A stretch of 64,000 nt of DNA, taken from contig CDROCS010000506.1 of assembly GCA_977020255.1 (NCBI GenBank), forward strand, positions 620,001 through 684,000, given 5' to 3'. Under the pieces are notes generated by a model, which saw only the letters and a list, made by a program, of their open reading frames with translations, ran no database searches and was not told where the DNA came from. Shown here piece by piece: positions 19,696 through 29,982 of the stretch (position 1 is the stretch's first letter; every line of letters begins with the position of its first letter). This DNA is from Obrimoposthia wandeli. Taxonomy: Eukaryota. The position numbers were made by a program, and so were the translations under genes.

Positions 19696-21444
19696 TTATG
19701 CAGTAACTGCTTTTTCATCTGCTTGCTTCAGCATTGCGTAGCTGACGCCTGTTACTAACGTACCGGCTGCAATCGCCACTAAGTACATAAATACCGGTGT
19801 TATAGCATTTGGAATTAATAGCACAAACAGACCACCGTGTGGCGCCATCAATTGAGCACCAAACAACATAGATAATGCACCTGTTAAAGCACCACCAGCA
19901 ATACAGCTCGGGATCACACGCATTGGATCGCGCGCAGCGAACGGAATAGCACCTTCAGAAATAAAGCATAAGCCTAATACAAATGAGGCTTTACCCGCTT
20001 CTTGTTCACTATCATTAAACTTACGCTTAGCAAGGAACGTCGCTAAACCCATACCTAATGCTGGTACCATACCTGCCGCCATCACAGCCGCCATTGGCGC
20101 ATACGTTTGTGATGCTAATAAACCCACACCAAAAGTATAAGCCGTCTTGTTTACTGGACCACCCAAATCGAAACACATCATACTACCAAGAATAATACCC
20201 AATAATACGGCGTTAGCTGAGCCCATGTTATTCAGGAATTCAGTTAAAGCGCTCATTGCAGCAGATACCGGTCCACCAACCACATATATCATGACCAAAC
20301 CGGTAATCAATGAGGCAAAAAGTGGAATAATTAAAATCGGTTTCAACGCTTCCATTGATTGTGGTAACTGTACTTTTTCGGCGATTAATTTAGCGGTATA
20401 ACCAGCAAGGAAACCAGCAACAATACCACCTAAGAAACCAGCGCCAGTTGAACTCGCCAACATACCACCAATCAAACCGGGTGCTAAACCTGGACGGTCA
20501 GCAATCGAGAAAGCAATAAAACCGGCAAGCACGGGGATCATTAATGCAAAAGCAGAACCACCACCAATCGTCATTAACGCTGCAGCTAGTGTGCCCTCTT
20601 CTTTAAACGCTTCAATACCAAATACAAAAGACAAAGCAATAGCTAAACCACCCGCAACCACGAGTGGCAACATGTGTGATACACCTGTCATAAGGTGTTT
20701 ATAAGCACCTGTTTTTTCTGAGCTAGCATCGCCGCTGGCTGCCTTTTTACCGTGGCTATAAACTTGCGCATCGTTAAAAGCATTATCCATCGTTTGTTTG
20801 GTTTTCTTTAGTGCTAAACCTGTACTGGTCTTATATACCTTTTTACCATCAAAACGCGCTAAATCGATATCAATGTCAGCGGCAATAATGACCACATCGG
20901 CAGCCGCAATTTCATCGCTCGTGAGTTGGTTTTTAGCGCCTACAGAGCCGCGGGTTTCAACTTTAATACTATGCCCTAGGCGTTTACCTTCTTGCTCTAG
21001 CGCTTCAGCTGCCATAAATGTATGAGCCACACCCGTTGGACAAGCTGTAATAGCAACAATCGTTTTACTGCTGTTTTCTGCATCAATACTCGCGATAGCT
21101 GATTCATTACTGCTGCTTACTTCATTACTAGCCGTTAGCTCAGTCGCCTTTGCAATCGCCTGCTCTAAATATGTTTTAGCATCCGTAAATACCGCATCCA
21201 CCGCTGAACGATAAACTTTTTTACCCATAAATCGGCGGTCATCAATATTGGCACTTGCCGCAACAACAATATACTCTGCCGCAGCAATCTGCTGTTCGGT
21301 TAAAGCTGTCATTGCTGCAACTGATGAATGACACTCAATATCTGCTTGCCAATTTAATTCAGTCGCTGCTTTTTCTAATAAACCCGCAGCAATAAGGCTG
21401 CTCGCGATGCCACTTGGGCACGCTGTTACAATTGCAATTTTCAT
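19696..21444 (-). CDS. fruA: PTS fructose EIIB'BC
   Basis: Duplicated EIIB (ACPSG; ACPTGVAHTFMAA) plus EIIC (FDLGGPVNK, ISEGAIPFAA). Confidence 0.96.
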   Translation of the reverse strand: MKIAIVTACPSGIASSLIAAGLLEKAATELNWQADIECHSSVAAMTALTEQQIAAAEYIVVAASANIDDRRFMGKKVYRSAVDAVFTDAKTYLEQAIAKATELTASNEVSSSNESAIASIDAENSSKTIVAITACPTGVAHTFMAAEALEQEGKRLGHSIKVETRGSVGAKNQLTSDEIAAADVVIIAADIDIDLARFDGKKVYKTSTGLALKKTKQTMDNAFNDAQVYSHGKKAASGDASSEKTGAYKHLMTGVSHMLPLVVAGGLAIALSFVFGIEAFKEEGTLAAALMTIGGGSAFALMIPVLAGFIAFSIADRPGLAPGLIGGMLASSTGAGFLGGIVAGFLAGYTAKLIAEKVQLPQSMEALKPILIIPLFASLITGLVMIYVVGGPVSAAMSALTEFLNNMGSANAVLLGIILGSMMCFDLGGPVNKTAYTFGVGLLASQTYAPMAAVMAAGMVPALGMGLATFLAKRKFNDSEQEAGKASFVLGLCFISEGAIPFAARDPMRVIPSCIAGGALTGALSMLFGAQLMAPHGGLFVLLIPNAITPVFMYLVAIAAGTLVTGVSYAMLKQADEKAVTA

Positions 21445-21456
21445 TATGAATATCCT

Positions 21457-22422
21457 TTATTCGCCAATAGTGATGCGTTCACTCATCGTGATCACTTCAT
21501 TTATATCTTTAACGCCAACACCGACTTGTGTCACTGCTAATGCTGATAACGCCGTCGCAAAATTTAACGTTTGTTTTTTATCCCAGTTATTTAACTGTCC
21601 CCAGCACATACCAGCCACTAAGGTGTCACCCGCTCCCACAGTACTCACTACTGCCATTTTAGGTGGTTTAGCCTGTAACCAACCTTCGTGGTTAAGCCAC
21701 ATAACCCCATCAGCGCCCAGCGATACAACTACATTAGCGATACCTGTACTTGCTAGCAGTTCTGCAATCTCTACTAAGCTCTTGTCTGCTATTGAGGCAC
21801 CTTTGGCATCCTTCGCTCCTTTAGCCCAGTGCGCTAACTCTTCATCATTAGGTTTGATAAGCCAAGGTTGCACGGCAATACCGGCACTCAGCGCTGCATT
21901 GCTGCTATCAAAAAACACTTTTTTACCTGCTTGCTGTAACTGGGTGATCCATTTAGCACATTGCTCAGGTGTCACGCCAATCGGTAAACTACCAGCCATC
22001 ACAAAGACATCGTGATCTAGTGATAAATTAGCGAGCATGGTTTCAAATTCAACAATCGCCGCCGCTGTCACACTCACACCAGGAAAGTTAATATCACTGA
22101 CCTGACTGCTTGATTCGACTAATTTAACGTTAATGCGAGTCGCACCTTGCACACGAATGAATTTGTCCTGAATATTACTACGCTCAAATAACTGACAAAA
22201 CGGCGCTTGATTCTCAATACCTAAGAAACCCGTGGCTGTCACCTCTGCGCCAAGTTCAGCTAATACTTTTGCCACATTAACGCCTTTACCTGCAGGCTCT
22301 AATGCACAATGCTGTACTTGGTTTACCGTGCCTTTCGTGAGTATCTGTAAGTGCCCTGTTAAATCTAACGCTGGGTTTAACGTCACAGTGACGACTTTTA
22401 AGTTTGTTAATTGCATGGTCAT
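21457..22422 (-). CDS. fruK: 1-phosphofructokinase
   Basis: TVTLNPALD, AGKGVNVA, STVGAGD PfkB motifs. Confidence 0.95.
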   Translation of the reverse strand: MTMQLTNLKVVTVTLNPALDLTGHLQILTKGTVNQVQHCALEPAGKGVNVAKVLAELGAEVTATGFLGIENQAPFCQLFERSNIQDKFIRVQGATRINVKLVESSSQVSDINFPGVSVTAAAIVEFETMLANLSLDHDVFVMAGSLPIGVTPEQCAKWITQLQQAGKKVFFDSSNAALSAGIAVQPWLIKPNDEELAHWAKGAKDAKGASIADKSLVEIAELLASTGIANVVVSLGADGVMWLNHEGWLQAKPPKMAVVSTVGAGDTLVAGMCWGQLNNWDKKQTLNFATALSALAVTQVGVGVKDINEVITMSERITIGE

Positions 22423-23609
22423 TATTTACCTTCACCTAATCCAGATTCGATACCTTCACCTATGGCTTTAAGTGCGAGTTGGGCATCATGGCCATTTGCA
22501 GTAAATGTTAATACTTCACCACTACGCACACCCAGCGACATTAATTTCATCAAGTTTTTGGCATTGGTTGATTTACCCGCCGCATTGGTCACTTGGATAT
22601 CAGCTTGATACTGCTTGGTGATCTTCACCAACATCGCACTTGGTCTCGCATGTAAACCATGACTGTTATGAATGGTAAATGTCGCGGTTTCACCACTTGG
22701 CTGCACTTCTGTTAATAAGCGAATGACAGTGTCTGCATCTGCATTAAATAACTGACTCACTTGTTGCTTATAAATTAAATCGACCACACATTGCATATTA
22801 TCTAAATGTACATTGTTAGCGCTTGCTAGCATGAGCACGCCTTTAACAGCTACACTTTTATGCGATAAATTGCTCTGCTGTAAACTGTCTTGTTGTAATG
22901 TCTGCGCTGGCGTCACAAATGATATTGCAGTCGTCGTAACGGCTTTACTGGTTTTCGCTAACCATAATCCCTGACCTAAATGGCATGCAGGCGTAGTGAT
23001 CGCATCGGCAACACCGTTATTATCAATACAGTTATGGTGTTTAAGTAGTCCCGCTGCAACAGCAGTAAGTTGGGATAAATCTTGCGCAGGAAAATCCAGT
23101 TGTATCAGTTCCGCGGTTAATAAGGTTGCAGATTGTTGCTTACCCTCAAGATTTTTTCCTCCGAGACAGTTACCTTCAGCACTTTTACCTTCAAGCAAAG
23201 CAATAATCGCTGCAGCGCTATCGCAATCTTGTAATTTTTGCTCAATACCATCAGCGCTTAATACATGTGTAAGCTGCTTTAAAATCGCTAAATGTTCATC
23301 TGATTTAGCCGCTATCGCAATAGCAAGGTATACAGTTTGCCCTTCACCCCAATCAACACCCTGTGGATAATGATGTAATTGCACGCCGGTTTTATTGACT
23401 AAGTCACGTGTATCTACGGTGCCATGCGGGATGGCAATACCATTACCTAGATAAGTAGAGTGTTGCGCTTCACGTGCCAACATCCCGTCAACATAGCTTG
23501 CTTCAACATAGGTTTTATTCGCTAAGCCTTGGGCAAGAGCTTTGATGGCGTGCTGCTTGTTCGGCGCCGATTGTTTTAATTGGATGTCATTCGAAGACAG
23601 TGACAACAT
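22422..23609 (-). CDS. fruB: Fused PTS fructose EIIA/FPr
   Basis: GIAIPHG EIIA histidine and C-terminal HPr GLHARP. Confidence 0.95.
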   Translation of the reverse strand: MLSLSSNDIQLKQSAPNKQHAIKALAQGLANKTYVEASYVDGMLAREAQHSTYLGNGIAIPHGTVDTRDLVNKTGVQLHHYPQGVDWGEGQTVYLAIAIAAKSDEHLAILKQLTHVLSADGIEQKLQDCDSAAAIIALLEGKSAEGNCLGGKNLEGKQQSATLLTAELIQLDFPAQDLSQLTAVAAGLLKHHNCIDNNGVADAITTPACHLGQGLWLAKTSKAVTTTAISFVTPAQTLQQDSLQQSNLSHKSVAVKGVLMLASANNVHLDNMQCVVDLIYKQQVSQLFNADADTVIRLLTEVQPSGETATFTIHNSHGLHARPSAMLVKITKQYQADIQVTNAAGKSTNAKNLMKLMSLGVRSGEVLTFTANGHDAQLALKAIGEGIESGLGEGK

Positions 23610-23708
23610 AACTTTACTCCATGCTTAGGTATTATTTAGTTAACGACTTCAGCTATTACTTAAATAATACCGCGTTAATACTGGTGGCTTAATTCTTTAC
23701 TGACGACA

Positions 23709-23724
23709 GCTGAATCGTTTCAGC
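23709..23724. promoter_or_regulatory. Cra (FruR) operator 1
   Basis: GCTGAATCGTTTCAGC palindrome matching the Cra consensus. Confidence 0.88.
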
Positions 23725-23777
23725 AACTCGTTAAATAAAAAGGCTGCAGCAATGACAAAATCATTATAAATAGCATT

Positions 23778-23793
23778 GCTGAAACCTTTCAGC
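23778..23793. promoter_or_regulatory. Cra (FruR) operator 2
   Basis: GCTGAAACCTTTCAGC. Confidence 0.82.
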
Positions 23794-23888
23794 TAATATA
23801 CTGAAGTGTTTTTAAGCTGATTACAATTTTCAATAACAGATCATTTAAGAAACTTTGAGCAAGCGCACAGATTAGGGATGAAACAACC

Positions 23889-24872
23889 ATGACATTAGAT
23901 GAAATAGCCAAATTAGCCGGGGTATCACGTACCACAGCCAGTTATGTGATTAACGGCAAAGCCAGTAAATACCGTATTAGTGAAAAAACCCAACAAAAAG
24001 TAATGGCTGTAGTCAATGAGCATAATTACCGCCCTGATCATGCCGCACAATCATTACGTGGTGGCAGTAATCGTTCATTTGGTTTAATCATTCCTGATTT
24101 AGAGAATAGCAGTTATGCCAAATTAGCCAAATTACTTGAACGTGATGCGCGTAAAGCCGGCTATCAACTCATCATTTCATGCTCTGACGATGATCCCGAC
24201 ACCGAGATGAAAGTCGCAGAGACTTTGCTTAGCCGTCGTATCGATGCTTTGTTAGTGGCGAGTTCCCTACCCGCTGAACACAGTTATTATCGCAATGTAC
24301 AAGCCAATGGTGTACCAGTGATAGGACTTGATCGCGCGATGGATGATGAGATTTTTGCTTGTGTCATCAGTGAAGATTTAGACGGTGCCTATGAACTAAC
24401 GCAAGCTTTGCTCGAAAACGATATAGACACGATAGGTTTAGTGGGCGCTGTACCTGAACTGGGTATATCGAAAGAACGTGAACAAGGTTTCTTATCAGCC
24501 ATCAGCCAGCATGGACACGATGTTAAGCTGTTAACGGCTTATGGCGACCACTTTAGTCAGCAACAAGGTCAAGCCCAAGTCCAACAATGGATTGATAGCG
24601 GTACATTCCCCGATGCAATTTTGGCAACGTCTTACACCTTGTTTGAAGGCGTACTCGATTGCTTGATACGCAATCCAAGCTTAATGGCCAGCACGAAACT
24701 CGCTACCTTTGGTAATAATCGTTTATTAGATTTCTTACCCAGTAAAATTCAATCGTTACCACAACAGTTTGAACTAATTGCCAAACATGCGTTAAAAATG
24801 GCGCTTAATGCGGCTAACGGTCGCAATCAACCAGGTATTGAAGTGGTGTCACGTAAAATAATTCGCCGCTGA
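23889..24872 (+). CDS. cra: Catabolite repressor/activator Cra (FruR)
   Basis: MTLDEIAKLAGVSRTTASYVINGKA LacI HTH; divergent from fruB. Confidence 0.95.
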   Translation: MTLDEIAKLAGVSRTTASYVINGKASKYRISEKTQQKVMAVVNEHNYRPDHAAQSLRGGSNRSFGLIIPDLENSSYAKLAKLLERDARKAGYQLIISCSDDDPDTEMKVAETLLSRRIDALLVASSLPAEHSYYRNVQANGVPVIGLDRAMDDEIFACVISEDLDGAYELTQALLENDIDTIGLVGAVPELGISKEREQGFLSAISQHGHDVKLLTAYGDHFSQQQGQAQVQQWIDSGTFPDAILATSYTLFEGVLDCLIRNPSLMASTKLATFGNNRLLDFLPSKIQSLPQQFELIAKHALKMALNAANGRNQPGIEVVSRKIIRR

Positions 24873-24957
24873 GCTTACTCCTCATAATGACCTGCTAGTT
24901 ATGACTGCTAAAAATGTACCGCTAATAAGGCAGTGCGAATGATGACGCACGAATAGT

Positions 24958-25854
24958 TTATCGATAAGGTGCAAACAAAGGTAATAGCCAGTCAATGAAA
25001 GTCTGTACTTTCAATGGTAATGGACTGGCTGTAGGCGTCAGTAAATAATAACTGTAGGGACTGACAAAGCCCGCTGAAAATGGAATAACTAAGCTACCAT
25101 CAGCTAATTGCTGGCTGACAAAAAATCGTGGAATAAGCGCGACTCCCATACTACTTACCGCTGCTTGACTGAGCATATAAAAATGCTCCATACCAAATTT
25201 ATTATCCGTTGTTATTTTAATGCCGATATCATCCCCCCAAAAACGCCATAATCCAGGTCGTGAAGTATGTTCTAACAAGGTCATCTTGTTGATATCTTGC
25301 AGTGAGGTCATTGTTGCAGCCAACTGCGGTGAACACACCAAACACAGATCTTCATCCATGAGCTTAAGGACATTACAACCCTGTGGCTTTTTAGTGGCAC
25401 TGCGTATAGCTATATCATATTGATGCTGACTAAAATCAATCGCAAAATCACCAATCGATAGATCGACAAACAAATTAGGGTTACTGAGTTTAAACCCTTC
25501 CAGACTCGGGATTAGCCAGCTAATGGTTAAACTCGGTAGTACATTAATAGCGATGCGTTGGGCTAACTGCGGCTGAGAGATAAGTTCTTGTGTCGCACCA
25601 TTAATCGTTTGCAGCGCGCTCTGAACCTTGGTTAAATAAGGCTTTGCCTCTTCAGTAAGCACTAACTTTCGGTGCTGGCGAATGAACAAGTTAACGCCTA
25701 GATATTGCTCTAATATCTTCACTTGCTTACTCACCGCCCCATGCGTCACGAATAATTCTTTCGCTGCTAGCGTAAAACTCACATTTCTCGCTGCGGATTC
25801 AAAAGCGCGCATGGCATTTAATGGTGGTAAATTAGGGTACATAGAAATACTCAT
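24958..25854 (-). CDS. LysR-family regulator, GcvA/AmpR-like
   Basis: LPPLNAMRAFESAAR..SFTLAAKEL.VT.GAVS. Confidence 0.9.
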   Translation of the reverse strand: MSISMYPNLPPLNAMRAFESAARNVSFTLAAKELFVTHGAVSKQVKILEQYLGVNLFIRQHRKLVLTEEAKPYLTKVQSALQTINGATQELISQPQLAQRIAINVLPSLTISWLIPSLEGFKLSNPNLFVDLSIGDFAIDFSQHQYDIAIRSATKKPQGCNVLKLMDEDLCLVCSPQLAATMTSLQDINKMTLLEHTSRPGLWRFWGDDIGIKITTDNKFGMEHFYMLSQAAVSSMGVALIPRFFVSQQLADGSLVIPFSAGFVSPYSYYLLTPTASPLPLKVQTFIDWLLPLFAPYR

Positions 25855-25973
25855 TTTAAATGAAGAATAAGAATAGTGTGAGTTATCCTCACGCTATAAA
25901 GAAGATAACTCCTTTGCGTTACATCTGTAAAGAAGATTAAATAGCCCCTCACATTACGCAGGAGCAGAGCATT

Positions 25974-26741
25974 ATGATTTTGGATATGTCATTACAACTT
26001 TCAACAGAAATTGTTGGGTTGTTATTTTTAGTTGCCGTCGTGGCTGGATTCATTGATGCGATTGCTGGCGGCGGTGGTTTACTGACTATTCCAGCATTAT
26101 TATGGGTTGGTTTACCTCCCGCAACAGCACTCGCGACCAACAAGCTGCAAGCCTGTGGTGGTAGCTTCTTTGCCAGTTTTTATTTTATTCGTAAAGGCAT
26201 GGTCGATATAAAGAAGATGAAGTTCGCGATTGGTTGCACCTTTGTCGGTTCAGCTTTAGGTAGTATTGCCATCCAATCAATAGACCCGAGTATTCTGGAA
26301 GTTATCTTACCCTTTCTCATTCTCGCTATTGGTGGCTATTTCTTATTATCTAAACAGATCTCTGACGAAGATAAACATCAGCTACTCACGCCAACACTAT
26401 TCGCCATCACAGCGGCATTCGGTATTGGTTTGTATGATGGTTTCTTTGGCCCTGGTACAGGCAGTTTCTTTGCCTTGGCATTCGTATCACTAGCCGGATT
26501 TGGTCTAGCAAAAGCCACGGCGCACGCTAAGGTGCTAAATTTCACCACTAATATTGCGTCACTGTTGTTCTTTGCATTAGGTGGGAAGGTATTGTGGGCG
26601 CTGGGTGGCATTATGTTAGTTGGCCAAGCGCTAGGGGCAACACTTGGCTCTCGTTTAGTATTATCAAAAGGCGTTAAAATTATTAAACCCTTGATGGTGA
26701 CTATGTCTATCGCCATGAGCTTAAAGCTACTTTTTTCTTAA
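25974..26741 (+). CDS. TSUP (TauE/SafE, YfcA-like) transporter
   Basis: AGFIDAIAGGGGLLTIPAL, GLYDGFFGPGTGSF. Confidence 0.9.
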   Translation: MILDMSLQLSTEIVGLLFLVAVVAGFIDAIAGGGGLLTIPALLWVGLPPATALATNKLQACGGSFFASFYFIRKGMVDIKKMKFAIGCTFVGSALGSIAIQSIDPSILEVILPFLILAIGGYFLLSKQISDEDKHQLLTPTLFAITAAFGIGLYDGFFGPGTGSFFALAFVSLAGFGLAKATAHAKVLNFTTNIASLLFFALGGKVLWALGGIMLVGQALGATLGSRLVLSKGVKIIKPLMVTMSIAMSLKLLFS

Positions 26742-26753
26742 AACTTATCGACC

Positions 26754-27065
26754 CTATTTAGCCGTCACTTGCCAATGCAGTTGTTGAGCAGCTGCTTGCA
26801 AGTGTGTATCAAAGCTCGCTAATAACGCCGCTGAACAACTTGATAACTCCACATAGGCCTTTCCCTCTTCAGGGAAGGTATGCACAGCAGCATGACTTTC
26901 AGCTAACAACCACAGCGCGGTATAACCCTGTGGTTGAAAATAATGCTCAACAAAATTTAATACGCTAAAGCCAGCCTGCTCAAGACCTGCAGAAATAACA
27001 CCTTTAAGTGCTTCACTATCACAGCAGCTTAACCACCAGCGTTGATTATATATTTTTGCTTCCAT
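26754..27065 (-). CDS. Minimal S-adenosylmethionine decarboxylase proenzyme
   Basis: HYFQPQGYT..WLLAESH.AVHTFPE; intact Glu-Ser autocleavage site; SSC cysteine. Confidence 0.85.
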   Translation of the reverse strand: MEAKIYNQRWWLSCCDSEALKGVISAGLEQAGFSVLNFVEHYFQPQGYTALWLLAESHAAVHTFPEEGKAYVELSSCSAALLASFDTHLQAAAQQLHWQVTAK

Positions 27066-27134
27066 CGTTATTTCACTTATTCACATTACACTAAAATAAT
27101 ATAGCCAGCGGATATTCATCAATACCCGCTATCA

Positions 27135-28883
27135 CTAGTTCTTATACAGTTCCGACTCAGTTTGCCACGCCGCACGGTTATAATCATACAAAACGCCAGA
27201 ACCTAATCGATTAACCTCAATCTCGTTCATTTTGTCATAAAAATTACCGGGAAAAACAAACGACGCCAGCAAAAATTGCTTATTAAGCCAATTTGATGGA
27301 ACAGGCAGACTATCCATATCACTGATACGTTTACTTGCCGATTTACCGCGTGTTGTCGCGATAGTCCAACCCCACTGACCAAATGACGGGATATTCCGTT
27401 GGTACTGCTCTACATGTAAAAAGCCAGCTTCTTTAACTGTTTTACCAATACTCAAAAATGCCTTTTGTGCATGATAAGGTGATGTCGATTGTATTGCTAA
27501 TGCACCATCTGCAGCGAGTAATTGACGCACTTGATTATAAAAGTAATCGCTATAGAGCTTATTCAGATCTGGGTGATTTGGATCGGGTAAATCAATAATA
27601 ATGGTATCAAATTTAGCCCCTTCATCCAGCAGTTTTTCGACTTGTAAAAATGCATCGGTAGCAAACAAGGTTAATCGCGGATCCCGTAATGACGATTCAT
27701 TTAATCGTAACATACGTTTCTTAATCGCTTCAGGCGCAGCATAGTCAACGGTATCAGCCCCAAATAAAGCCAATAGCTCAGCATCTAAATCTACTAAGGT
27801 GACCGCTTCAACAGGCCAGCGCAATACATTACGCAACGCTAAACCGTCACCACCACCAATGATCAACACCTTATCATGACGATTCGAGGCCATCATTGCC
27901 GGATACACTAACAAGTCATGATATAGCTGTTCGTCAACACTGGAAAACTGTAAGTGACCGTTAATAAATAAGTCTGTTACTGGCTCTGCGTGGTTTTTCA
28001 AATAACGTTCAGTCACCACCACATGTTGATATTTTGTCGATTGTGAATAGATCACTTTGTCTTTGTACAACACACTGCTTAATTCAGCCAACCAACCAGT
28101 ACCTAACGTGAGGATAATCGCGAATAATGCCACCAGCAATAAGTGACAGACAAACAACAATTTCGCCCAGCGGATCTTGTCTTGATAACGCCATAAAAAC
28201 GCCAGTCCAGCGATGATATTAAATAACGCAGTCCATGCAGCCGCCTCCATGATTGGTAACGACAGCATGATCAAAACCCAAATAGCCGCGCCAATACCCG
28301 CACCAATATAATCGGCACCGTAAATTGTACCCGCGTTATTCTCTAAAAATCGACCGTAAACCTGTTGACGTACTCGGGCAATCAACGGGATCTCCATACC
28401 AATAAAAATACCGAGAATTAAACCAAATACATAAGGCATGAATTTAGCTATTTTTTCTAGCTGTTGTGGCAAGTAACCATCAAGCACAACATTACTGGGT
28501 AAATTAAACGTCGCCGATAATAACTGTGGCAAGCTATAACTTAAGGCTATCATCGCTGAAATAATCAAAATACAGCTCATACCGATTAAAGCAATTAAAG
28601 CCTCTAACCAAGCAAATGCAGTAAAGGCGTCTTTAAACCAACGCGCCATAAATGCACCAATACCCATCGCTACAATCATGGTACCGATCATCGCATAGAT
28701 CGCACTTTCGACCGAGCCTAATACCCTGCCCGCATAATGCGACAGCAAGTATTCATAAATCAGGCCGCAGCCAGCAAGAATGATCATAACCGAAATTAAT
28801 AACGCATCGTGAAATAACAATGAACGTTTACGCTGACGGGCTTGCTGGGTTTTATTATCGCTATTTACAACTGAGGGTTCCAC
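27135..28883 (-). CDS. Membrane-bound spermidine synthase-like aminopropyltransferase
   Basis: About 7 N-terminal TMs, then YQHVVV, INGHLQF, LIIGGGDG, DLPDP, WGW. Confidence 0.88.
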   Translation of the reverse strand: MEPSVVNSDNKTQQARQRKRSLLFHDALLISVMIILAGCGLIYEYLLSHYAGRVLGSVESAIYAMIGTMIVAMGIGAFMARWFKDAFTAFAWLEALIALIGMSCILIISAMIALSYSLPQLLSATFNLPSNVVLDGYLPQQLEKIAKFMPYVFGLILGIFIGMEIPLIARVRQQVYGRFLENNAGTIYGADYIGAGIGAAIWVLIMLSLPIMEAAAWTALFNIIAGLAFLWRYQDKIRWAKLLFVCHLLLVALFAIILTLGTGWLAELSSVLYKDKVIYSQSTKYQHVVVTERYLKNHAEPVTDLFINGHLQFSSVDEQLYHDLLVYPAMMASNRHDKVLIIGGGDGLALRNVLRWPVEAVTLVDLDAELLALFGADTVDYAAPEAIKKRMLRLNESSLRDPRLTLFATDAFLQVEKLLDEGAKFDTIIIDLPDPNHPDLNKLYSDYFYNQVRQLLAADGALAIQSTSPYHAQKAFLSIGKTVKEAGFLHVEQYQRNIPSFGQWGWTIATTRGKSASKRISDMDSLPVPSNWLNKQFLLASFVFPGNFYDKMNEIEVNRLGSGVLYDYNRAAWQTESELYKN

Positions 28884-28940
28884 ACAATGCCTACTGTAGT
28901 TTAATTTAGGTTTTAAGAAATGAAGTCGAGATTAAAACTT

Positions 28941-29004
28941 AAAAAGCCCAAACTCAGTAATATACTCAGGTAATAAAAACTGCCTGATATTATCGAGTTT
29001 GAGC
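28941..29004 (-). terminator. Long hairpin plus T-run between DUF350 and aminopropyltransferase genes
   Basis: Minus strand gctcaaactc...gagtttgggc followed by ttttt. Confidence 0.55.
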
Positions 29005-29044
29005 CATGTCTATGACTTAGATAAAATGATTACCTTAATAGCGA

Positions 29045-29941
29045 TTAGCTGCCAAGTAAGGTTGCCATCGTTAGGCCGATTGAAAATGATACCGTTGCCG
29101 AGATCACTGCAACGCCAATATTCTTTTGACGAATCACTTCATCTGCAATATCAACACCAGATAAGATAACTTTAATGGTGATCAATTGTAAAACCGCGAA
29201 AATAGCCACACTGATAACAGCTGAGAAAGCCCAATATGTCAGGCTAAGCGTGATATTGTCAGCCGCATAAGGTGCAAGACCGGTAGCAGCTGTAATCGCT
29301 AAACCTGAACCGATTAAGAAACCAGAGTAACGGATACCAACAGCCAAGTTATCATCTAAAATAAGTTGCTGTAGACAGTCTCCTGTACGCTTAAATAAGC
29401 TTACACGGTACTTACTTACTAGCAGCATGATGATGTTGGCAACAACAAACGCAGCGATCACCACAGGTACTCCATGCCAGCCTTCTGTTAACACCCATAT
29501 CAGTGCTGAGCGCACGACAATAGCGACAGTAACAATATGACCAAAATCAACAAACGCCGCTGTCACATTACCTTTTACAATCTCATCGTGCAGGCTGACT
29601 TTTTGCAGCGCTACTTTATCTTGGAAAAAATGACCGGCTTTAATCAACGCAATAGCTAATAAACCATAACCTGCCATTTGTGTTGCTTCTTGAAATAATG
29701 AATCCGCAAAGTCACCACTGGTTACGCCAGTTAATACAATAGCCAAACCAGCTAAACCCGCTGCGAAACTAATACCAAAGGCAAAATTATCACGTTTCGC
29801 AATTTCATCATTGGCGTGTAAATTTGATACCCAGCCTTTGATCATTTTTAAACTCACAAATAACGCAATGATGACTGTAAAATCAATTATCAGTGCTTGT
29901 GTCGTCCACATCGTCAATCCATCAAACTCGTACATACTCAA
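29045..29941 (-). CDS. DUF350 family membrane protein (two internal repeats)
   Basis: EIAKRDNFAFG, EIVKGNVTAA, EVIRQKNIGVA repeats typical of DUF350. Confidence 0.8.
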   Translation of the reverse strand: MSMYEFDGLTMWTTQALIIDFTVIIALFVSLKMIKGWVSNLHANDEIAKRDNFAFGISFAAGLAGLAIVLTGVTSGDFADSLFQEATQMAGYGLLAIALIKAGHFFQDKVALQKVSLHDEIVKGNVTAAFVDFGHIVTVAIVVRSALIWVLTEGWHGVPVVIAAFVVANIIMLLVSKYRVSLFKRTGDCLQQLILDDNLAVGIRYSGFLIGSGLAITAATGLAPYAADNITLSLTYWAFSAVISVAIFAVLQLITIKVILSGVDIADEVIRQKNIGVAVISATVSFSIGLTMATLLGS

Positions 29942-29982
29942 TCTCCATAACTTATTCTTTCTTTCTATTTGCTCAAGGTTGC

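Noticed and set aside
25855-25973. gcvB sRNA next to the GcvA-like LysR gene
   Set aside because: The spacer is only ~120 bp, lacks the GU-rich seed and terminator, and leads into the TSUP gene
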